Source: Octopus vulgaris
Lineage: Eukaryota
Assembly (NCBI GenBank): GCA_951406725.2
Contig: OX597814.1
Span: forward strand, 86,490,001-86,554,000
Length of the DNA stretch: 64,000 nucleotides
Direction of reading: 5' to 3'
The position numbers were made by a program, and so were the translations under genes. A model generated the notes under the pieces. That model did not search any database. It saw only the letters and a program-made list of their open reading frames with translations, and was not told the DNA's origin. Below are positions 40,801 through 50,310 of this stretch, piece after piece (the first letter of the stretch is position 1; every line of letters begins with the position of its first letter).

Positions 40801-43519
40801 TAGATTGTTGCTATCCGTGGATTGCAGAATGGAAAAATGGTCGTTTTCTGGGTTTTTAAAAAAATCATTTTTCATCATTTTTTCAATGATTAATATTTAC
40901 AATACTGTGGCATTTTATTTCAGCATTATGATTTGTTTCTTTATCATCTTCTTTACTTACTACTTCCTTCCTTCCTATGAAGCATAGGACACTAATGACA
41001 CTTCTCCACTGCTCCTGACTCAGGGTTATCTTTTTCTGCTTTCCTCCAGTTGGATCCCTACTTTTTCAGTTCCACCTCAGTATCCCACCACCAGCTATTT
41101 TTGGGACATCCCCTCTTCCCTCTCCCTAGTGGGTTATGTTTTCCAAAGGAAGGCCTTCCATCTCCTGGGTTTCAATTGTCATTGATGCTTTTTCCTAAGT
41201 AAGGCTGCTAGCCTTATGCAACCCCATTTTTACTTCTGGGGAGAGGTGTCTCATATTAGTCTGGCCTTTTGAACCTGTCCAACATAAGATGTCCTACCAG
41301 GAACTTGCACTTCACTGGCATATCTCTCAGGGGTCATTGAAGCACACAATTCACCACACTGCAACAGGGACTGGACTTTGTGATGGATCTTCTTACCTTC
41401 CTGTTTATTCCTTTCTGCTCAAAATTTCTTTCATTCTACTTTCTCCTTTCAGACAACCAACTATCTATAATTATTTTCCTTGTTAATTACTTTTCTAGTT
41501 CTGTATTTATGGGGACAGAGAGAGGGCAATTTTTAGGCAAATTTCAAAGGGTACTGGTTGCTTAGAAAGGTTATGGATTTTCTTAGAAATAAAATATTTA
41601 AATCAGGTACATTATTTATATTTTAAACACATTTTCAAAACATCTTTGTTGCAATTAAAATATAAGCAGGATATTCAGTAAGCAGAAACCCGTGACTGAT
41701 GGTGTGTCAAGGTCTGAAATAATTTTTTAATCTCAATTATCTGTTATCTTTTACTTGTTTCAATCATTAGGCTATTCCCATGTTGGAGCACCGCTTTGAA
41801 GAATTTTTAGTTACATGCATCAAACCCAGGAACTTATTCTCTCAGTCTCTTTACCAAAATGCTAGGTTATAGGGATGTAGACACACCAACACCAGTTGTC
41901 AAGTAGTGGTAGGAGACAAACACTTATACACACACACACACATGTACATGATGGGCTTCTTTCAGTTTCTGTCCACCAAATCCACTCACAAGGCTTTGGT
42001 CGACCCAAGGCTATAGTAGAAGACACTTGCCCAAAGGGCCACACAGTGGTACTGAACCTGGATCCATGTGGTTGGGAAGCAAGCTTCTTACCACACAGCC
42101 TGTACCTATTCTCAGTTTTTTATCCTTTTTAGTAATTTCCATAGAAGTTTAATATAATGGACGATAGTTCAAGCAAATGTCTAAAAAGAGATATATACTG
42201 GACAGGATACTGTTAAGAAAATATGGAGAACAACCCACAACACAAAATTAAGTGTTAAAATAATCTTTTTCTTTTTTCTTTTATTTCATATATTTATTGC
42301 AAAGCATAGTAAAAGGTTGAAAAAGGGTGAGAACCACTAATATACACTGATAATACATGCATTTATTGCAATATAAATTTTGAATTGCTGTACATTAGTA
42401 AACATACATGAATGATACTGTTTTTTAAAATATTATCTCTTAATAATTTATATTTTGTAGCAACCCACAACCAGAATAATAATGGACAAGCAAAACAGCC
42501 ATCTTTAAGGTATGAAAATATATTTTGTTATTCATATAACGAATCTTGTCTTATGTGTGTACCTATGTTATTGAGTGGGTGTGGACATAGCCAAATATTT
42601 AAAATGTTTTGCCATGAAACTTGAATTTCTGTTTTGGGTTAGATTTACTTAGAGTCCTGATGATGCTCTTTGGCAGAAGAATGTAATATCATGAAGAGCT
42701 TTTCACTTGAAAAGATACCCTTCATTGCAGAAATTTCACCAGAACAGAATTGAGATCTTAAAACTGAAGTGTCATGTAAAAAGCATTGGTGTGGGTGCTG
42801 GTGCCACATAAAAAGCACCGGTGACATTGTCACATAAAAAACACTCAATACACTTTGTAAAGTGGTTGGCATTAGGAAGGTCATCAAGCCAAGGAAACCA
42901 AGCCAAAACGGACTAAAGAACCTGGTGCAGCCCCTAGCCTTGCTAGTTCCTGTCAACTCATACCAGCATGAAAAATAGACATTAAATATTGATGATGATG
43001 ATGATGATGATGTCAATTGTGATTCAGCAATTTCAAGGCCACCATCCTGCAGGTACTAGCAATGATCCTTTTAAACTACTGTTCAACAATTTCCAGGAGC
43101 AGAAGATTGCAACCTCCAAAAATAAACAGAGTGAACAGTAATTAAGTGATTATTCTGTTACCTTTTCTATTCATGGAGCATGACATTACATTTGAATGCA
43201 TGTTATTCTGTGTCATCATTTTATGTGTCTTAAATCCCTTAATTAAAATTTGATGTAAAGAATAAGTCAGAATAGTTGCGTAGCTGGACAGACTGAACAA
43301 CATTGCTTACAACATTAAATTTAAATATCACCTAGGAGAGAAAGTCAGTTTAAGCTGTAGAAACAGCTTGTCCATCTTCCTGTATGTGTGTGTATATATA
43401 TCTATATATATATATAAAGACTAGTGGGTCTAGAGGATGAGAGAAGAAAAAAATAAGAAAAATGATGACAAAGATAATAAAAAGAATAATGATAATGTTG
43501 AGTGTAAATTGTTACTGTC

Positions 43520-43552
<33 letters not shown>

Positions 43553-45100
43553 TCCTGATGCAGTACCAAGCAGTAGCTCTCATGGCTTTTGATCTTAACT
43601 GATTGGAAGTGTTATTATGTACATGTTTTATCTAGGTATAAAAGATGCGCTACAGCAAATATTCTGCTCAATACCACAGATTTGCTTGTCAGTTGTTTAA
43701 CCTTAACTAGTTGAGCACATCCCTTAATGGCTGATGATATGTGCATCTCTGGTCACGAGCAGAAGTAGTGGGGGAGCATCATAGCTATGTGTTGAGATGA
43801 ATTCTTTGGAGTTTGAATAATTCACCTTTGGAAACCTGGATGTTTCGTTCATCATCCTTAAAGAAACCTTATTCAAAGACCTTTTGAGTGGGATGAGCTA
43901 CTCAACCTGAAAAAAAAATTCTTACTGGACCTCACCTGCCAGGTCATGTACTGTTTATCTTGATGTGAGATCACTATGTCATACACATAAGGTTGTGGTG
44001 CATGTGCCTGCTGTACCCTTATCAGACGGGTAGTCATGATGGGCATATTGGGCTTCATATATTTGTATCCCAGTGTCACTTTGATGGCATGTCCTGCTCT
44101 GTCACTCAATAACAATAATAATAATAAACATTCCATTTCCTCATCATTATCAATATATTGTTTGTTTTACTTACTTTTCAGAGGGAATCAGAGTGACCAG
44201 ACAGATTATAACCAGTTACAGACCACTCCAAGTTTTCAAAAACATGTTGCCAAAAAACTTTCACAGATCTTAGATCAGTGAGTTATCAAAATTTTTTTTT
44301 TTGAGGAATATTTAATAGAATTATTGCAAATACATTTTGTTTTTTGTAATTTACAGAATCAAGTGATTTTTTTTTTTTTACTGTTTTATATCCACTTTTT
44401 TTCCTTTGCATATATGGAAATGTTTTTTTGTTGTATTTTTTGCTGGTAAAATTCTTGCTGGGAACCAATGCAAAGTAGGAGTGGAACTTGATTCAAATTA
44501 GCCTGGAAAATGGGAGCAAGCAGAATTAGGTCTTAACCTTAGTCCTTGTGCTTCATCTTATGCTCCTTGTAGGGGATAAACATAGAATTTAAATGTTGAT
44601 TTCTCCTTGTATATCAACTAAGGTTGGGTTTGGATCAGTTATGATTGTGCATAATAAATTAATTTAGGATATTTAGAGTCTGCCATCAAATATTCCTTCT
44701 TCTGGGAGATAGTCATGTTTCTCACTGAAACAACATTACCATATACAGCACCAACACAACACTTGAGATCACACAGTTGGTTATATCAATGAATTTCATT
44801 TCTTTCAGTTGTTTGGTTCTAGATTTATTGCTAAATGCCTTTCATACTGCATAAGTCTGTCATATAACATCAGATCTAGGGAGATTGTCTTAGACTTCTT
44901 ATTTTAAGGTGGCAAACATCCTAAATGTATTGGCGCAGGAGTGGCTGTATGGTAAGTAGCTTACTTACAAACCACATGGTTCCAGGTTCAGTCCCACTGC
45001 ATGGCACCTTGGGCAAGTGTCTTCTACTATAGCCTCAGGCCGACCAAAGCCTTGTGAGTGGATTTGGTAGACAGAAACTGAAAGAAGCCCGTCGTACATA

Positions 45101-45157
<57 letters not shown>

Positions 45158-45869
45158 TTGTGTGTCTGTGTTTGTCCCCCCAACATTGCTTGACAACCAA
45201 TGCTGGTATGTTTACGTCCCTGTAACTTAGCGGTTTGGCAAAAGAAATCGATAGAATAAGTACTAGATTTCCAAAGAATGAGTCCTGGGGTCGATTTACT
45301 CGACTAAAAGGTGGTGCTTCAGCATGGCCACAGTCAAATGACTGAAACAAGTAAAAGAGTAAAAGAGCAGCCTTTATAGATTGACTGAGAAGTGACAGAA
45401 ATGGATAGGCCGAAAAGGAAATGATTGTTTTTCCACACAACAATTTTGAGGTATCTAAATGATCAATGACAGAGTTAGAAATACTGAATTGTTTGGAACA
45501 CAGTTGAATATTTCTTATCTGCAAATATGTAGATAAAGGCAGTCATCCAGTGCACAGATTACTAGTGGAATAGTATCTTATTCACTTGACCATTGTGAGG
45601 GCTATGTGTTTGTTTATCTGTATTTATTTGTATGTATTTGTGAGTATTTTTTTATTCTTTTACTTGTTTCAGTCATTTGACTGCAGCCATGCTGGAGCAC
45701 CGCCTTTAATCGAGCAAATCGACCCTAGAACTTATTCTTTGTAATCCTAGTACTTATTCTATCAGTCTCTTTTGCCAAACCATTAAGTTACGAGGACGTA
45801 AACACACCACCATCGGTTGTCAAGCAATGTTGGGAAGATAAACATAGACACACGGACATACACACACAT

Positions 45870-45911
<42 letters not shown>

Positions 45912-46067
45912 GACAGGCTTCTTTCAATTTCTGTCTACCAAATCCACTCACAAGGCTTTGGTTGGCCTGAAGCTATAGTAGAAGATACTTGCCCAAGGTG
46001 CCACGCAATGGAACTGAACCCAGAACTATGTGGTTGGTAAGCAAGCTACTTACCAGCCACTTCTGTG

Positions 46068-46115
<48 letters not shown>

Positions 46116-46805
46116 TTAACCCAAACAAGAAAACACAAAAAAAACAAAAAACACAACGCGAGGACATGGAACAAATAAAGTATTATTGGACGCTCAGGAA
46201 AGAAGGGAAGAAGGAGGGTTTAATGTTTCGAGCGGAGCTCTTCGTCGGAAACATAGGAGAAGGAAAGATCCCGAGAAGGGAAGACAGAGGAAAAAAATCG
46301 CCAGAGGTACTCACGAGGTGACATATATATATATCACTCTGCCTTTCCCTCTTGTCTTTGTTTAGTAGGAAAGTTTTCATTTGTCCTTGTGTTACTCCTC
46401 ATTTGTCTGTCTTCTAGCCCATGGCTTTTATATTGTCACATCTGTATTATTTTTTTGTTGTTGTCTTTGCCTGGCCCTAAGGCCATATTCTACTTATGCA
46501 TTTTGCATTTTTGTGTCTCATCTGGAATTACTTTTTTTGTATGCCCATTTCTGTATTCCTTGTTCATCCTTGTTTGTCTGTCTTGCTTTGTTATGCTTTG
46601 ATTGCATTCCCAGCAAGTTTTCTTGATGGTTGCCTCCAGGGTGGATGTAATTTTGATAATGGCATGAAATTGCACTCAACACCTTGCTCGATAACTGATG
46701 AGGAATAGGTGACCAGTATTCCTTCTCCATTCATCTGTGCATTCAGTGCATTTAGTATGTCTTTCCATCCATTTGTTTATTACTATACGTGTTTGACTTC
46801 TGAAA

Positions 46806-46870
<65 letters not shown>

Positions 46871-47567
46871 TAATGATGCAAATAAATGAATACAACTACT
46901 TAGGTTAGATATACAAAATATATATACATGTATACAGAGAAGAGCAAAGACTGAAAATTTTCAGATGATGAATATTCAAGTATAAATGTATGGATATTTA
47001 TATCTTAACAGAGCAACCTTACACAGAGTACAAAGATACAGAAGATTAAAGGGAAGAGGTATGGTGTTACAAGTCCGACAGCTATTTTATCTCCCCACCC
47101 TGAAGACAGAAGCTGGATTTATCCAATGTTTATTTGATTCCATTACTGGATGCATATTTTTGTGAACTAATCTGCCAACATTATGAACTCCGAGCTCCCA
47201 GAAACAGCTGTCGGATTTCTAACACCATACCTCATCCCTTTAATTTTCTGTGCCTCTGTATCCTGTGTATGTTTGCTCTGTTAATATATAAATTTATATT
47301 AATATACTTGAATATTCATTGTCTGAAAATTTTCAATCTTAGTTTTTTTACATGTAAACGTATTTTGTGTATCAAACCCAAACAGTTTTATTTGTTTATT
47401 TACATAATTGTCTCCATAGCTGCTCACCTGGATTCCTCTTATAGCCACCTTTTACCCCATGGTCCTCAGTAAAGATTTCAGAGTGCAGGTTCAAATCACT
47501 TGAGCGCTATTAAGTGTTTTCCATATTGAGAATCTCTGGATCTCATCTGTCCACACACACACACACA

Positions 47568-47620
<53 letters not shown>

Positions 47621-50261
47621 ATTATGCATAAGTGAAAGAGAGAGATAAAAAAGGTGTAACTTTGTTGTTAGAGCTTGTGATTAGTACAGAATTTACCCTT
47701 TAGAGCAAACAAGGTAAGACAACTTACCTGCAGTTGTAGGATTTGTTGCAAAGAATAAATATCTATCAACTTTGTTTGGACCAATGGCCAAATCTTCCAG
47801 CTTTACTTGTCTTTTAATAGTCATGGATAAATAGTTGCATTATCCCTTTGCTTTTATGTGTAAGGAAATATCTAGAGATATTTGTTCCAAGCAGGAAATT
47901 ATGCAGAAGAAACAGCACAGGCCTCACATGACCCATTAATATTAAGTTTATCGACTTAATCTATTGCCCAGTTTAACACAATAACCTTGGCCTAAGAATG
48001 TCTTCAGCAGAATACATTCTATTGCAAGCACTTCAGCCAAGACTCTGTTCTGATGATAACTTCCTGTTTCCTTCCACCAGTATCAGAGGCTCTGAAAATG
48101 GTCATGTACACTACTGTCCTACCTCCTCTGAACCATTAAAAAGTATGTATGCTAAGACTGTCAATTATGATATTTTTTTTTTCAGTTTGATAATTTTTAA
48201 CATTTGTACACATTCTCTCATCAGGGAACTAGAATTTTCTGAATGCTATTCTGCAACTGATGACCTTCATACCCTCAGTGACTCAGGTAATTTCAACTTT
48301 CAATAATTTTTCTCTGATATTTTGCTTGATCTTATCCATTTATTACTGATATAGATTCATTTGTTTCTTCTCTGTTACATACAGAAATAATACTCTTATC
48401 TCTAATACATTTGCTACATGTGTGTGTAATATAATTAGTCTCTGAAACACTTGGGTTTCAAACAGCCTCTTAGTAAATGAACTGTAATGGTTTTAAGATT
48501 TCTTAACTTCATTTTGTTACAAATTGTGATAGATTGTATAACAGTTATGGAATCACTGGGACAAAATGCTGAAGTGAGCCACATTCAGTGTAGTCTGTTG
48601 TAGCTAGATGCTGAAGATGTGACAGTTGAAAGTTTCATTCAATCTTAAGAACATGCAGACTTGAGTTAGTTAAGAAATTTGTATAATGTAGAAGGAAGTG
48701 ATACAGAAGTGGATGAAAATAGGAAATACAGGACTGTACGTTTTTACTTGTTTCAGTCATTTGACTGCAGCCATGCTGGAGCACCGCCTTTAGTCAAGGA
48801 AATCGACCCCAGGACTTATTCTTTGTAAGCTTAGTACTTATTCTATCAGGCTCTTTTTGCCAAACCACTAAGTTACAGGGACATAAACACACCAGCATCG
48901 GTTGTCAAGCAATGTTGTGGGGGACAAACACAGACACACATATATATATATACATATACAGATATACAATGGGCTTCTTTCAGTTTCCGTCTGCCAAATC
49001 CACTCACAAGGCCTTGGTTGGCCCGAGGCTATAGTAGAAGACACTAGCCCGAGGTGCCACATGATGGGACTGAACCCAGAACCATGTGGCTGGTAAGCAA
49101 GCTACTTACCACACAGCCACTCCTGCCCCTATATGATGGATTAGAAACACGGTCACAACATAGCCTTTGTGATTTCAATGCCAAAACAGGATATACAGAA
49201 ATAAGTGTTTACTATTCTCAAAGACTACAAGCATACTCACATCTTTCTGTCAAGTATAAAATCACCTTTCACAACAAATTCCTTTATCAACATGACTGAT
49301 CTTGCTAAAAAACCAAAATGTAAGCAAGAGGAAGACAGCAAGGGCTGTGAAAATGACTTTGCTATAAAGTCATATATTCACAGGAAATGATGCATTCTCA
49401 CAGCCTGCTCTAAAGTTATTGGAGTTGAGAGAGACCCAGAGTTTCTCAACTGACTGAAGTACATGTGAGGGAGAGTGAGAATTTTTCTAAACAAGTAGAA
49501 ATTAGTAGTTGACAAATTTTTACCCAACTTGTATTCTTAAATACGTTGATTGCAACTTTCATACTAAACTCTCTTGCTCTTCTCTTGTATAGACACACTA
49601 GAAAAGATACTGATTACACTAAAAAAGTATTTTTATGAATCCATATCAATAAATGTAAATATATTCTAATTTCACATGTCATAATTTTTTTTTCATTTTC
49701 TCAGGGATTAAATTGTTATCCACATCAAAAGACTATGTCAACCTGAATGAAGCAATTTCTGTGAAAAAACGTCCACTCAAAAAATCCCATGACAGAAGTA
49801 GCAGCAGTAATACTGACAGCAGGTATCTGTATCATTGTTCTACATCTTCTTCAGATAGAATATTATAGTATATTTAATAAAGTCATCAAGGATGGCAGAG
49901 TAGGCAGAGAAACTACACGAAAGACTTTACAAAATCTAGTTTACAATCGCACAATTTTGAGTCAGTAGAATGTAGTAGATTAAAATAATTATCTCATTTT
50001 AAAATTTACATAATTTAATGTCCACCTTTTGATGCTTGCATGGGTCAGACAGAATTTGATGAGGCAGAATTTCTGTAGTCAAATGCCCTTTCTGTCATCA
50101 ATCCCCACCAGTTTCCAAGCATGGTAACATTTCCTTTGGTCAGATATGCTTTTCATAGAAGACAGGAAAGGAGCAATATGCTCATTTGCAACTGTCGATT
50201 AATGTCAAGACAAGAGTACACACAACATACATACATACATACATACATACATACATACATA

Positions 50262-50310
<49 letters not shown>

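Noticed and set aside
46695-46722. ctgatga followed by the hairpin ggaata/tattcc
   Set aside because: No GAAA box after stem II, so it is not a hammerhead.
49254-49319. Alternative phase-compatible candidate for CUSTOS exon 4 (HIKSPFTTNSFINMTDLAKKPKW)
   Set aside because: It has a weaker acceptor (aag) and would put Trp at the conserved Gly before IKLL; 48225-48286 fits better.
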